From positions 37,374 through 101,373 of the forward strand of contig JBMFSH010000009.1 in assembly GCA_049967655.1 (NCBI GenBank): DNA of 64,000 nt. The letters are read 5' to 3'. Below the pieces are notes generated by a model. That model was not told the DNA's origin, made no database searches, and worked only from the letters and a program-made list of their open reading frames with translations. A program made the position numbers and the translations under genes. Below, piece by piece: positions 18,960-30,458 of this stretch (within the stretch, counting starts at the first letter, position 1; the number at the start of each line of letters is the position of its first letter). The stretch is from Acidobacteriota bacterium (lineage in GTDB: Bacteria; Acidobacteriota; UBA4820; DSQY01).

Positions 18960-19131
18960 ATTCGGAGATCGGGAGCGGAGGGCGGACGGGCCGTCGGTCG
19001 GCGGTATTCCCGCCAGGACCTTGCGCGCTTCCGTCGCGGTTCCCAGCTTCTGACCCACGGCTACAAACTGATCGGCTTCCCCCGCGCACTCCCCTCTCGG
19101 CGCTGATTTTCCTTGCGGCCGCAGCGGCGTC

Positions 19132-20124
19132 TCAGATCAGGTGGAGCAGGTGGCGCTCCAGGATGGACCAGGGCTCTCCCGGCTCCCCCTTGAGGGCCAG
19201 GTCCAGCTCGTAGAGGGCCCCGAGGGTCGAGCGGACCCGGGCTTCGGGCCAACGAGGGGCGACCTTCAGGAGCTTCTGCAGGGGCAGCGGGTGCCCCTGG
19301 CCCACCTCCCTGGGCGACAGGTCCGAGGCGCGCCTGCCGCGGGCGAGTTGGCCGTGGAGCAGGAGAAGGCTCCGCATCTGCTTGCCGAGCATACCGGCAA
19401 AGGCGAGCGGTGCCGCGGCGGAATCGCGGCGGATGCCCTCCAGCAGGGCCACGAAGCGGTCCCGCCGTCCCTCCAGAAAGGCGTCCTGCAGGTCCCACTG
19501 GCGGGGCGTGCCCCCCGCGCCCAGGAGGCGGTCCAGATCCTCCGCCTCCACGGTCCGCTCGTCGATCCGGTAGAGGAAGAGCAGATCGAGGGCCGAGGCC
19601 AGGAGGCCGAGATCGCCGCAGGCCCACTCCTCCAGGGCCCTCGCCGCATCCGGAGCCACTCGGTAGCCCTCGGCCCTGGCCCGGTCCTGGATGAAGGCTC
19701 GGGCCCCCTTCGGGTTCAGGTCCCTCCACTCCACGGAGGAGAGCAGGGCCGCCCAGGCCGCCGGCGGACTCTTGAAATCCATCTCCCCCTCGTACTCTAC
19801 GAGCAGGGCGGTGGTGGCCACGGGATGCTCCAGGTAGCCGGCGAGGTCCGCGAGCAGTTCGGGGGCGGCCGCTTCGGCGTGGCGGAGACGCACCACCTGG
19901 CGCTCCTGCCACATGGGCACGGAACGGAGTTCCGCCATGAGCGCCGACGGGGCGAGCCCGGCGGCGTCCAGCGGCGCGGCGCCCTCCGCCCCGCCCCACT
20001 GGGCGCACCACGCCGCGGAGGCGGCCCCGATGAACCGCCCGTCGCGGGCCACCAGCAACAGGTTCTGCGGCCAGGTTCGCGCCGGCCCTCCCGTGCCCCT
20101 CTGAGACGTACTCCGGTCCATCAT
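19132..20124 (-). CDS. holA: DNA polymerase III delta subunit (divergent)
   Basis: Pattern LRSVPMWQERQVV, GDLGLLASALDLLFLY, LYELDLALKG..P..ILE fits the HolA family. Confidence 0.75.
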   Translation of the reverse strand: MMDRSTSQRGTGGPARTWPQNLLLVARDGRFIGAASAAWCAQWGGAEGAAPLDAAGLAPSALMAELRSVPMWQERQVVRLRHAEAAAPELLADLAGYLEHPVATTALLVEYEGEMDFKSPPAAWAALLSSVEWRDLNPKGARAFIQDRARAEGYRVAPDAARALEEWACGDLGLLASALDLLFLYRIDERTVEAEDLDRLLGAGGTPRQWDLQDAFLEGRRDRFVALLEGIRRDSAAAPLAFAGMLGKQMRSLLLLHGQLARGRRASDLSPREVGQGHPLPLQKLLKVAPRWPEARVRSTLGALYELDLALKGEPGEPWSILERHLLHLI

Positions 20125-20125
20125 G

Positions 20126-21241
20126 TCAGCCTGCCGAGTGGGGGTCCAGGGCCTCCCGCAGGCCCTCGCCCACCAGATTGTACGACAGCACCGAGAGGAA
20201 AATGGCAGCCCCCGGGAAGAGGCCGAGCCACCAGGCGGACCAGTAGCGCGTCACGAGGCTGAGGATGTTGCCCCACGAGGGCTCCGGGGGCTGGACCCCC
20301 ACGCCCAGGAAGGAAACCGCCGACTCCAGGAGGATGCTCCCCGCTACGGCGAAGGTGGCGTTCACCAGCAGCGGGGTGAGGGCATTGGGCAGGAGGTGGC
20401 GGAAGGCCACGCGCACCGGGCCGGCACCCGCCGCCAGCGCCGATGCGGCCATGTCCGAATCCTTCAGCCTCATGAATTCCGCCCTGGTATAACGAGCCAG
20501 GCCCGGCCAACTCGTGAGGCCGATCACCAGCATCACGGTCCAGGCGTTGAGGTAGCGGGGGTCCATCACCGCCACCACGGCCAGAAGGAGGAAGAAGGTC
20601 GGGAAGCACATCATCACCTCGATGAGGCGCGAGACCACCACCATGTCCACCCAGCCTCCGGCGTAGCCGCCCAACGCCCCGACGGCCACCCCGATGATAA
20701 GGGCCACCCCCACGGCGAGAAAGCCCACGAGGAGGGAGACCCGCGCGCCGTAGAGCATCCGGGCGCAGACGTCCCGTCCGCTGTCGTCGCACCCGAAGGG
20801 ATGCCGCCGGCTCAGGGAGGGCCCCAGGTTGACGTCCCTCAGGCGCGTCTCGTAGGGCGAATAGGGCACGGGGGGAAGGAGGAAGAACCCCACCCGCGGA
20901 TCCGGCTTCACCGGGAGGTCCAGGAGCCAGTCGGGGTCCGCCGCCAGCCTCAGTTCCACCGCATCCTTCGGGAGCAGGTGGTTGAGCGGCGGAAGCTCTC
21001 GAAAGGCGGGAAAGCTCCAGCGGCCTTCGTACCGGATAAGGAGCGGCTCGTTGTTGGCGATGAGCGGGGCGAAGTAGGCGGCAGCGAGAAGGAATCCCAC
21101 GAAACAGAGACCGGCCATCGCCCCCTTGGAGCGCCGGAACCGCGTCCACAGGGTACCGGCGGAATCTCCGCAAGAGCTGGGAGGCGCGGCGGCCCCTGCC
21201 TCCGCCCTGGGCTTCACCGCGCCCTCCTCGCGCCCGCTCAC
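20126..21241 (-). CDS. Peptide ABC transporter permease (OppC/DppC-like)
   Basis: HPFGCDDSGRDV, LYGARVSL, HLLPN, PSWG. GTG start overlaps the upstream stop; alternative start 21217. Confidence 0.92.
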   Translation of the reverse strand: MSGREEGAVKPRAEAGAAAPPSSCGDSAGTLWTRFRRSKGAMAGLCFVGFLLAAAYFAPLIANNEPLLIRYEGRWSFPAFRELPPLNHLLPKDAVELRLAADPDWLLDLPVKPDPRVGFFLLPPVPYSPYETRLRDVNLGPSLSRRHPFGCDDSGRDVCARMLYGARVSLLVGFLAVGVALIIGVAVGALGGYAGGWVDMVVVSRLIEVMMCFPTFFLLLAVVAVMDPRYLNAWTVMLVIGLTSWPGLARYTRAEFMRLKDSDMAASALAAGAGPVRVAFRHLLPNALTPLLVNATFAVAGSILLESAVSFLGVGVQPPEPSWGNILSLVTRYWSAWWLGLFPGAAIFLSVLSYNLVGEGLREALDPHSAG

Positions 21242-22299
21242 GTCAGCCTCACCCGCGGATCGGCCGCCGCGCAGGCCAGGTCCGCGGCCAGCGTGCTCAG
21301 CAGGACGGCCACGGCGCCCAGCACCGACTCCGCCAGGATCACGGGATAGTCCCGGGCGTAAATAGCCTGCACGAAAAGCCGCCCCAGCCCCGGCCACGCG
21401 AAGATCTCTTCGATGATCACGCTGCCCGAGACCAGGGAGGGCAGCAGGAGCCCAGCCAGCGTCAGCAGAGGAATGAGGGCGTTCCGGACGGCGTGGCGCC
21501 CAAGCACAGCCCGTTCTGTGAGGCCCTTGGCCCTGGCCGTCCGCACGTAGTCCTGGCTCAGGGCCTCCAGGACGGTGCCCCGTGTGAACCGGGCCACAAA
21601 GGCGAGCCCGCCGTAGGCCAGGCAGAACGCCGGCAGCGCGGCGTGCTTGAGAAAATCCCAGGCTTGGGCCAGCGGCCCCATGGCTCCGGAACCGTCCGAG
21701 TGCATACCGATGAAGGGCAGAAGGCGCCAGCGGACTCCCACGAGGACGATCAGCAGCACCGCCACCCAGAAGTTGGGCAGGGAGTAGAGGCCGTAGAGGA
21801 GGACCGAACTGATGCGGTCAAAGGCGCTTCCGCGGCGGGCGGCCGCCCACAGACCGACGGGGAACGCCACCGCCACCATCAGGACGAGGGCCAGGAGGTT
21901 GAGCTGGACGGTGGCCCCGAAGGGGCTCTCCTCGAGCCCCCGGAGAAAGGTCGAGGCCGCCTCGGAGGGCGGCAGCCCCGCGGAGAGGGCCCGCCCCGCC
22001 CCTCCGAACAGCACGTCAGAAACGGGCCGCCTCTGCGAGAAGGACTCGCCGAGCGAACCCGACGCGAGGGTCCGCAGCCACCGCCAGTACTGAACCGGCC
22101 AGGGCCTGTCCAGGCCGTATCGGTGGAGCATGGCCTGGTAGTCCTCGGGGTTCATCTGGCGGCTGGGGCCTTCGCCGGGGACCTGAAGGACGGAGAAGGG
22201 GTTCCCGGGGGCGAGCTTGACCACGGCAAAGACCACCACCGTGATGAGCAAGAGCGTGGGGACCATCAGCAACACGCGCCGGACGGTGTAGGCCAGCAT
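21238..22299 (-). CDS. Peptide ABC transporter permease (OppB/DppB-like)
   Basis: YGLDRP, DYVRTARAKG, HAVRNALIP, IFAWPGLG, RDYPVI. Confidence 0.95.
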   Translation of the reverse strand: MLAYTVRRVLLMVPTLLLITVVVFAVVKLAPGNPFSVLQVPGEGPSRQMNPEDYQAMLHRYGLDRPWPVQYWRWLRTLASGSLGESFSQRRPVSDVLFGGAGRALSAGLPPSEAASTFLRGLEESPFGATVQLNLLALVLMVAVAFPVGLWAAARRGSAFDRISSVLLYGLYSLPNFWVAVLLIVLVGVRWRLLPFIGMHSDGSGAMGPLAQAWDFLKHAALPAFCLAYGGLAFVARFTRGTVLEALSQDYVRTARAKGLTERAVLGRHAVRNALIPLLTLAGLLLPSLVSGSVIIEEIFAWPGLGRLFVQAIYARDYPVILAESVLGAVAVLLSTLAADLACAAADPRVRLT

Positions 22300-22373
22300 G
22301 CCTCAGCCCGCCTGGCTTTGCCCGCGACGATGCGGCCCCAGGGCGGGCCGGCGCCGAGGCCGCGCCCTCCCGG

Positions 22374-24113
22374 TCATGGCTTCTGGAGCTCCTTCGGCAC
22401 CCACCAGTCGAGAAGCGAGGGGTACCAGGTGAACATGCCGTATCCCGCCCGGCTCACCCGCACATCCTGAAAGCGGTTCTTCACGGCCACCATCTGGGTC
22501 GGCCAGAAGAGGAAGGTCATGGGCTGATCCTCGGCCACCAGCCTCTGGATCTGCCAGAAGAGGGCCTGGCGCGCCTTGAGGTCGAAGGTTCTCTCCTCCT
22601 CACCGATGAGGCGGTCCACTTCGGGATTGGCGTAGGAACAGTCGTTCTGGCCGACGGCCATGCCCGAGGGCAGGAGCCTGGCCTGGGCGGAATCCAGCAG
22701 CGGGTAAGGGTCCGGGTCATCGCCCAGGCCCCAGCCCGAGAGGTAGGCCTGGAACTGGTGCCGGTGGGTGCGGTCCAGAAACACGCTCCACTCGACCTTC
22801 CGGATCCGCATGTCCACCCCGACACGCTTCAGCTCCTGCTGAAAGACCTCCACCCACCGAGAGAACATGTCCACCTCGGCGGGTACCAGGCATTCGAAGG
22901 AGAGGGGCTTGCCCTCCTTCTCTCGGATGGTCTTGCCGGGCGGCAGCTTCCAACCGGCCTCGTCGAGCAGCGCCGCGGCTTTGGCGGGGTCGTACGGATA
23001 GGGCTTCACCCGCGGATCGCTCGACCAGCTCATGGGGTAGAAGGGCCCCGAGGCCACGGCGCCATGGCCCCCCAAGATGCCGTCCACGACGCCCTGGCGG
23101 TCGAGCGCATAGGTCATGGCCTGCCGGACACGCCGGTCGGCGAAGAAGGGGTTGGAGCCGTCCATGTTCCACCCCAGGTAGAAGAACTGCCGGGCGTAGT
23201 ACTCGAAGATGGAGGCCCCCGCGGCGAAGGCAGGATCGGTGCGGAGCTGGTCCCACTGCTCCGAGGAGAGGGCCGCCATGTCCAGCTGGCCCGTCTCGTA
23301 GGCCGCGAGCTGCGTCTGCCCCTTGGGGATCACCTTGAGGATCAGGCGGTCCAGGTGCGGCCGTCCGCGCCAGTAGTGGTCGTTGGCCGTGAGGACGAGC
23401 CGGTCCCCGCGCTTCCACTCCTCGAGCCGGAACGGCCCCGTGCCCACGGGGGCCTGGTTCGCCGGGCTCTGGTTGAAGGAGGCCCCCTTCCCCTTGGCGT
23501 AACCGTAGACGTGCTCGGGGATGATGTAGAAGACCCAGGCCGCCAGCCCCGGCGCGTAGGGCTCCTTCCAGGTGACGCGCACGGTGTAGTCGTCCACCTT
23601 CTCCACCCTGGCCACCTGGTCGAAGGCGGGCCGAAGCTGGACGGCGTCCACGGCGGGGTCCATGGCGGCGTGGTAGGAAAAGAGTACGTCGTCGGCGGTG
23701 AAGGGTTTCCCGTCCTGCCACAGCACGCCCTTGCGAAGATGGAAGGTGGTGGTCCGGTTGTCCGGGCTGTTCTCCCAGGACTGGGCCAGGACGCCGACGG
23801 GCTTCATGTCGGCATCCATGTCGATGAGCGGGTCGAAGATCCACTTGTAGGCCATGTAGGAGACGCGGTCGCTGGCCAGGATCGGGTTGAGCGTCACGGG
23901 GTCTACGGGTAGCGCCATGGTGAAGGTGCCGCCGTTCTCGGGGGGCGCGTGCTCGTACCGGGGCAGGAAGGCCACCGTTCGGTCCAGAGGAGAGACGGAG
24001 AGGGGGGCGGCCGGCGCGGCCGGCTTCGGCTGGCCGCCGGAGCACCCGCACAAGCCTCCGGCCAGCAGCAGGACCGTCCCCAACGCCAGACCACGCCACC
24101 ACCGTGCGCCCAT
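22374..24113 (-). CDS. Peptide ABC transporter substrate-binding lipoprotein (family 5)
   Basis: Lipoprotein-type signal (LCGC), LRKGVLWQDGKPFTADDV, PVGTGPF, VRQAMTYALDR. Confidence 0.93.
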   Translation of the reverse strand: MGARWWRGLALGTVLLLAGGLCGCSGGQPKPAAPAAPLSVSPLDRTVAFLPRYEHAPPENGGTFTMALPVDPVTLNPILASDRVSYMAYKWIFDPLIDMDADMKPVGVLAQSWENSPDNRTTTFHLRKGVLWQDGKPFTADDVLFSYHAAMDPAVDAVQLRPAFDQVARVEKVDDYTVRVTWKEPYAPGLAAWVFYIIPEHVYGYAKGKGASFNQSPANQAPVGTGPFRLEEWKRGDRLVLTANDHYWRGRPHLDRLILKVIPKGQTQLAAYETGQLDMAALSSEQWDQLRTDPAFAAGASIFEYYARQFFYLGWNMDGSNPFFADRRVRQAMTYALDRQGVVDGILGGHGAVASGPFYPMSWSSDPRVKPYPYDPAKAAALLDEAGWKLPPGKTIREKEGKPLSFECLVPAEVDMFSRWVEVFQQELKRVGVDMRIRKVEWSVFLDRTHRHQFQAYLSGWGLGDDPDPYPLLDSAQARLLPSGMAVGQNDCSYANPEVDRLIGEEERTFDLKARQALFWQIQRLVAEDQPMTFLFWPTQMVAVKNRFQDVRVSRAGYGMFTWYPSLLDWWVPKELQKP

Positions 24114-24349
24114 GGCCACCTCCCTGTGTGGGGCCAGTGTACGCGATGGGAGCGGAAATGGCGAGCAGATTTCCCTCAACGGGAACGAGCGTCCGGCGCC
24201 TCATGTCTCGCGCCTTGTCCCTCGCCTCGCCTCTGGAGGGATCCGCTGGCTGGCATTCCGGGTGCGGAGATCTTACAATCTCCAGAGTGCAAACTCTAAG
24301 GAGTCGGGCGCTGGCGGCGTGATGAACCAAGGCGGACGAGGAGGGGCCC

Positions 24350-24946
24350 ATGAAGCTGGAGAATGTCTCGGAAGCGGTGACCCTGAAAAACGGATCCCAT
24401 ATCCTGATCCGCTCCCTCAAACAGACCGACGGCCCCGCTCTGCAGGTTTTCTTCAAGAGCCTGCCCGAGGAGGACAGGCTGTTCCTCGACGACGACGTCA
24501 CGGCCCCCAGCTTCATCGACCGCTACCTCGCCTCGGCCGACTTCGAGACCACCATTCCCCTGGTGGCCGAGCACGAGGGCAAGATCGTGGGAGTGGGCAC
24601 CCTGAGGCGCCCGAGATACGGCTGGATGTCCCACGTCGGGACCATTCGCGTGGTAGTGGCCAGGGCCATGCAGCACCGGGGCCTCGCACAGCGGCTGGTC
24701 AAGGTCCTCTCCGGGATCGCCGTGAACCTCGGCCTCGACAAGATGGTGGCCGAGGTGGCCGAGAACCAGGCCGGCGCCCGCCGCGCCTTCGAGCGCCTCG
24801 GCTTCAAGGCCGAAGCCACCCTCAAGGGGCACATCCGCGACCTGTACGGGCGTCCCAGGGACATGGTCATCATGGCCAACGACGTCACCCACCTCTGGGA
24901 GAGCTACCGCGACCTGGCGGAGGAGTTCCTCCCCCCCGTGGAGTGA
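24350..24946 (+). CDS. GNAT-family N-acetyltransferase
   Basis: VTLKNG..ILIR, motif A MQHRGLA, N..ARRAFERLGF. GAGG RBS. Confidence 0.88.
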   Translation: MKLENVSEAVTLKNGSHILIRSLKQTDGPALQVFFKSLPEEDRLFLDDDVTAPSFIDRYLASADFETTIPLVAEHEGKIVGVGTLRRPRYGWMSHVGTIRVVVARAMQHRGLAQRLVKVLSGIAVNLGLDKMVAEVAENQAGARRAFERLGFKAEATLKGHIRDLYGRPRDMVIMANDVTHLWESYRDLAEEFLPPVE

Positions 24947-25060
24947 GCGGGGATCGGGGATTGACGCGACAAGCGGACCCCGCCTCACGTCTCCCGAGAT
25001 TCCGAGATGAGGTGATAAGGAGATGCCACAAGGAGCCGGCAGGCGGTGCGGCGTGTCTTT

Positions 25061-25095
25061 CCTGTCTCCTGTCCCTTGTCCCCTGTCCCCTGTCC
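25061..25095. repeat. Heptamer tandem repeat (CCTGTCC) x5
   Basis: Units: cctgtct cctgtcc cttgtcc cctgtcc cctgtcc. Two more units at 12324-12337. Confidence 0.8.
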
Positions 25096-25105
25096 CCCCG
25101 CCGCA

Positions 25106-25134
25106 TTGACACAACCCCGTGACTGTGAAATACT
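25106..25134 (+). promoter_or_regulatory. Putative sigma70 promoter for sucCD
   Basis: Perfect TTGACA at 25106, then 17 bp, then a weak -10 (AATACT) preceded by TG. Confidence 0.45.
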
Positions 25135-25197
25135 TTTTCGCCTTGATGATGATCCCTGCGACCGCGTCCTACACAAGCTTTTCTCAGGAGAATTGAA

Positions 25198-26376
<1,179 letters not shown>

Positions 26377-26393
26377 AAGGAAGAAGATGATTT

Positions 26394-26473
26394 ACCACAG
26401 AGACACAGAGACAGAGAGAAAACCATCTTGGTCAAGGGGTGATATCTCCTCCGTGTCTCGGTGCCTCTGTGGT
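26394..26473. repeat. Octamer-based inverted repeat (ACCACAGAGACACAGAGA family) between sucC and sucD
   Basis: Left arm 26394-26419 is near-complementary to right arm 26447-26473. A related arm lies at 12165-12190. Confidence 0.8.
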
Positions 26474-26497
26474 TAGTCCTAATGTGATGAGGGTAAG

Positions 26498-27373
26498 ATG
26501 AGCATTCTGGTGAACAAAAATACGCGCGTTGTGGTTCAGGGCATCACGGGCAAGGAGGGCTCTTTCCACGCCAAGCAGTGCCTGGAGTACGGCACGCAGA
26601 TCGTGGCGGGCGTCACCCCCGGCAAGGGGGGCACCCGCTGGGAGGAGAAGGTCCCCATCTACAACACGGTGGCCGACGCGGTAGAGGCCCAGGGGGCTGA
26701 CGCTGCGCTGATCTTCGTTCCGCCGCCCTTCGCGGCGGACGCCATCCTGGAGGCGGCCTTCGCCGGCGTAAAGCTGGTGGTGTGCATCACCGAGGGCATC
26801 CCTGCCAGGGACGAGGCGCGCGTGAAGGCGGGCCTGCGAACCACCGGGGCCAGGCTCATCGGGCCCAACTGCCCCGGCGTCATCACGCCGGGAGAGTGCA
26901 AGATGGGGATCATGCCCGGTTACATCCACAAGCCCGGCAGGGTCGGCGTCATCTCCCGCTCGGGCACCCTCACCTACGAGGCCGTCTGGCAGCTCACCGA
27001 TTGCGGCCTGGGCGAGACGACCTGCATCGGCATCGGAGGCGACCCGGTGCCGGGAACCTCCCACACGGAGACCCTGGAGCTGTTCAACGCCGATCCGGCC
27101 ACCGAGGGGGTGGTGCTCATCGGCGAGATCGGCGGGACTTCGGAAGAGGAGGCAGCGGCGTACATCAAGGCCCACATGAAAAAGCCCGTGGTGGCCTTCA
27201 TCGCTGGCCAGACGGCCCCTCCCGGCCGCAGGATGGGCCACGCGGGAGCCATCATCGCGGGCGGCAAGGGGACGGCGGCGGAGAAGATGGCGGCGTTGGC
27301 CGACGCCGGCGTGGTCGTCGTGAAATCCCCCACCGAGATCGGCGCGGCCATGACCAAGGCCCTCAAGGCCTAG
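26498..27373 (+). CDS. sucD: Succinyl-CoA ligase alpha subunit
   Basis: [31 protein letters not shown] (phospho-His). Confidence 0.98.
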   Translation: MSILVNKNTRVVVQGITGKEGSFHAKQCLEYGTQIVAGVTPGKGGTRWEEKVPIYNTVADAVEAQGADAALIFVPPPFAADAILEAAFAGVKLVVCITEGIPARDEARVKAGLRTTGARLIGPNCPGVITPGECKMGIMPGYIHKPGRVGVISRSGTLTYEAVWQLTDCGLGETTCIGIGGDPVPGTSHTETLELFNADPATEGVVLIGEIGGTSEEEAAAYIKAHMKKPVVAFIAGQTAPPGRRMGHAGAIIAGGKGTAAEKMAALADAGVVVVKSPTEIGAAMTKALKA

Positions 27374-27570
27374 CCTTCCGTTGAGAGAGGCCCGAGGCGG
27401 CCGGCGGATGTAGAGAGCACACCCGCCTGCCGCCTCCAAGGGCCATATCACCCAAGCCTGCGTACCGGCGAAGGCCGTGCGTGGACGTGGCCCGCGAGAG
27501 GTCCTATGCTGTTGGGCTTACCGGCCGAGGGGTTTGGCGCCCCCGGGAAACGTACCAGACATAGGGGAGA

Positions 27571-27888
27571 ATGACGATGCCCACCTCATCCCAACCATTG
27601 AGCGGCGTGTTCCACGAGGGCTCGGACGTGGGGTCTCCGCGGCTCAAGGAGGTTCATAAGGATAAGTTCGCCGTCTCGGGTCACGGCCAGAAGGTCAAGA
27701 AGGACGTGCTCATCACGGTGATCCCCGGCCACTGCAAGGGGAACCTGTGCAACATCTGCGTGAACTACTGTCCCGAGAAGGTCCTCTCCATGGGCTTTCG
27801 GCACGTGGAGGTGATCAACGTGGATGCCTGCACCAAGTGCATGCTGTGCGAGATCCGGTGCCCGGATTTCGCCATCTTTGTGGATTGA
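27571..27888 (+). CDS. korD: 2x[4Fe-4S] ferredoxin, delta subunit of 2-oxoacid:ferredoxin oxidoreductase
   Basis: CKGNLCNICVNYCP and CTKCMLCEIRCPDFAI. First gene of the kor operon. Confidence 0.85.
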   Translation: MTMPTSSQPLSGVFHEGSDVGSPRLKEVHKDKFAVSGHGQKVKKDVLITVIPGHCKGNLCNICVNYCPEKVLSMGFRHVEVINVDACTKCMLCEIRCPDFAIFVD

Positions 27889-27898
27889 AGAGGATCCC

Positions 27899-29053
27899 AT
27901 GAGCGATGAAGCGACCAAGCCATCGGGCACCGTGAAGTTCCTCTCCGGAAACGAAGCCTGCATGGAGGGGGCCATCGCCGCGGGCTGCCGGTTCTTCGCC
28001 GGCTACCCCATCTCCCCCTCCTCCGAGATCGCCGAGAAGATGTCGGGGCGCCTGCCCAAGCTGGGCGGCAAGTTCATCCAGATGGAGGACGAGATCGCCT
28101 CCATGGGCGCCATCATCGGCGCGAGCCTGGCGGGCCAGAAGGCCATGACGGCCACCTCGGGGCCGGGCTTCTCCCTCATGCAGGAGAACCTCGGCTTCGC
28201 CATGATGGCCGAAGTCCCCTGCGTCGTCATCAACGTCATGCGCGGCGGCCCCTCCACGGGCAACCCCACGGGGCCCTCGCAGTCCGACGTCATGCAGTGC
28301 CGCTGGGGTACTCACGGCGACCACCCGGCCATCGCCCTGAGCCCCTCCACCATCCGCGAGGTCTTCGACACCACGGTGGCCTGCTTCAACTTCGCCGAGA
28401 TGATGCGCACCCCCGTGGTGCTGGCCATGGACGAGATCACGGCCCACATGCGGGAAAAAATCATCATCCCTCCGGCCGCCGAGATCGCCGTGATCAACCG
28501 GCGCAAGCCCGCCCTCCGGGCCGGCGAGACCTATTACCCCTACGAGGCCGGCGAGGATCTGGTCCCGCCCATGATGAACTTCGGCGAGGGCGCCCGCTAC
28601 CACGTCACGGGGCTCGACCACGACCGGACCGGCTTCCCGTCCGCCGCCGCCGAGGTGCAGGAGTCGCTCCATCGCCGCCTGCTGGACAAGATCGACAAGC
28701 ACCTGGAGAAGCTCCTCCTGTTCGAGCACCACCGCACCGAGGACGCCGAGGTGCTCGTGGTGGCCTACGGCTCCACCGCCCGCTCGGCCAAGCGCGCGGT
28801 GGAAGAGGCCAGGGCCAAGGGCGTCAAGGCCGGGCTCTTCAGGCCCATCACGCTCTACCCCATCCCCGAGAAGCAGATCGAGGCCGCGGCGGCCCACGCC
28901 AGGCGGGTCGTAGTCCCGGAGATGAACCTCGGCCAGTACAAGCTCGAAGTGGAGAGGATCCTGGGCAAGGGCCCGACCATCGCGGGCGTGAACCGGGTGA
29001 ACGGCGAGCCCATCGCCCCCTCCCTCATCCTTTCGGCCATCCTGGGAGACTGA
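27899..29053 (+). CDS. korA: 2-oxoacid:ferredoxin oxidoreductase alpha subunit
   Basis: GNEA, FAGYPISPSSEI, QMEDEIAS, ATSGPGFSLM, RGGPSTG. Confidence 0.95.
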   Translation: MSDEATKPSGTVKFLSGNEACMEGAIAAGCRFFAGYPISPSSEIAEKMSGRLPKLGGKFIQMEDEIASMGAIIGASLAGQKAMTATSGPGFSLMQENLGFAMMAEVPCVVINVMRGGPSTGNPTGPSQSDVMQCRWGTHGDHPAIALSPSTIREVFDTTVACFNFAEMMRTPVVLAMDEITAHMREKIIIPPAAEIAVINRRKPALRAGETYYPYEAGEDLVPPMMNFGEGARYHVTGLDHDRTGFPSAAAEVQESLHRRLLDKIDKHLEKLLLFEHHRTEDAEVLVVAYGSTARSAKRAVEEARAKGVKAGLFRPITLYPIPEKQIEAAAAHARRVVVPEMNLGQYKLEVERILGKGPTIAGVNRVNGEPIAPSLILSAILGD

Positions 29054-29056
29054 GCC

Positions 29057-29878
29057 ATGTCCATGGACTATTTCCAGTACCTGCGCAAGGAAAAGATGCC
29101 CCACATCTGGTGCCCAGGCTGCGGCCACGGCACCATCATGAAGTCCATCCTGAGGGCCCTGGACAAGCTCAAGTGGAGCCAGGACGAGGTGGTCGTTGTC
29201 TCGGGCATCGGCTGCTCCAGCCGCACGCCGGGCTACCTGGACTTCAACACCCTCCATACCACCCACGGCCGGGCCCTGGCCTTCGCCACGGGCATCAAGG
29301 TGGCCAACCCCAAACTGCACGTCATCGTGGTCTCCGGGGACGGCGACGCCATGGCCATCGGCGGTAACCACTTCATCCACGCCTGCCGCCGCAACATCGA
29401 GATCACTCTGATCGTCTTCAACAACAACATCTACGGCATGACCGGCGGCCAGTCCTCTCCCACCACCTTCACCGGGTTCAAGGGGACGACCGCTCCGTAC
29501 GGAGCCATCGAGCAGCCCTTCAACGTCTGCTCCATGGCCCAGGCTGCCGGCGCCACCTTCGTGGCCCGCGCCCTGGACCTGGACGCGGTGGCCATGGACC
29601 GCCTCATCGTACAGGCCTTGCAGAACAAGGGCTTCTCGGTGGTGGACGCCTGGTCCCAGTGCACTACTTACTTCGGCCGGCCCAACAAGTGGGGCGACGC
29701 CTCCGACATGATGGAGCACTACAAGGCCCTGACTTACAACGTGCGCCTCTCGGACAAGATGACCGAGGAGGAGAAGGCCGGCAAGTATCCCGTCGGCGTT
29801 CTCCATCAGGCCACGAGGCCGGAGTTCTGTGCGGAGTACGACAAGCTCATCGAACGCGTCAGACCGATGGAGAAATAA
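29057..29878 (+). CDS. korB: 2-oxoacid:ferredoxin oxidoreductase beta subunit
   Basis: WCPGCG, SGIGCS, HGRA, GDGD..IGGNH, NN.IYGMTGGQ (TPP binding). Confidence 0.96.
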   Translation: MSMDYFQYLRKEKMPHIWCPGCGHGTIMKSILRALDKLKWSQDEVVVVSGIGCSSRTPGYLDFNTLHTTHGRALAFATGIKVANPKLHVIVVSGDGDAMAIGGNHFIHACRRNIEITLIVFNNNIYGMTGGQSSPTTFTGFKGTTAPYGAIEQPFNVCSMAQAAGATFVARALDLDAVAMDRLIVQALQNKGFSVVDAWSQCTTYFGRPNKWGDASDMMEHYKALTYNVRLSDKMTEEEKAGKYPVGVLHQATRPEFCAEYDKLIERVRPMEK

Positions 29879-29879
29879 C

Positions 29880-30443
29880 ATGAGCAAGCGATACGAAGTC
29901 CGCCTGGCGGGGTCGGGGGGCCAGGGCCTCGTGCTCGGCGGGGTGATCCTCGCCGAGGCGGCCTCCATCTTCGACGGCAAGAACGCCACGCAAAGCCAGT
30001 CCTACGGCCCCGAGTCCCGCGGGGGAGCCAGCAAGAGCGAGGTCATCCTCTCCGAAGGGGAGATCGACTACCCCAAGGCCACCCACATCGACCTCCTCCT
30101 CCTCATGACCGAGGCCGCGGCCGAGAAGTACCTCAAGGACGTTCCCGAAACGGCCCTCGTGGTCGCCGACCTGGACCTCGTGCCCACGGCCATTCCGGAT
30201 AAGCTCCGTTCGGTGAAAATTCCCATCACGCGCCTGGCGCGAGAGACGGTGGGCAAGGAGTTCGTGGCCAACATCGTGGCCCTGGGCGCCCTGCAGGAGC
30301 TGACCGGCATCGTGAGCTTCGAGGGGCTCAAGAAGGCCGTGCTGGCTCGCGTGCCCAAGGGCACCGAGGAGCTCAACCTGAAGGCACTCTCCGTGGGTCA
30401 GGAGGCGGCCAGGGAATACGGCGGAAAGCTCATCCCCCATTGA
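29880..30443 (+). CDS. korC: 2-oxoacid:ferredoxin oxidoreductase gamma subunit
   Basis: GSGGQG, QSYGPESRGG, ANIVALG. Confidence 0.94.
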   Translation: MSKRYEVRLAGSGGQGLVLGGVILAEAASIFDGKNATQSQSYGPESRGGASKSEVILSEGEIDYPKATHIDLLLLMTEAAAEKYLKDVPETALVVADLDLVPTAIPDKLRSVKIPITRLARETVGKEFVANIVALGALQELTGIVSFEGLKKAVLARVPKGTEELNLKALSVGQEAAREYGGKLIPH

Positions 30444-30458
30444 GTGAGGGCCCAACCC

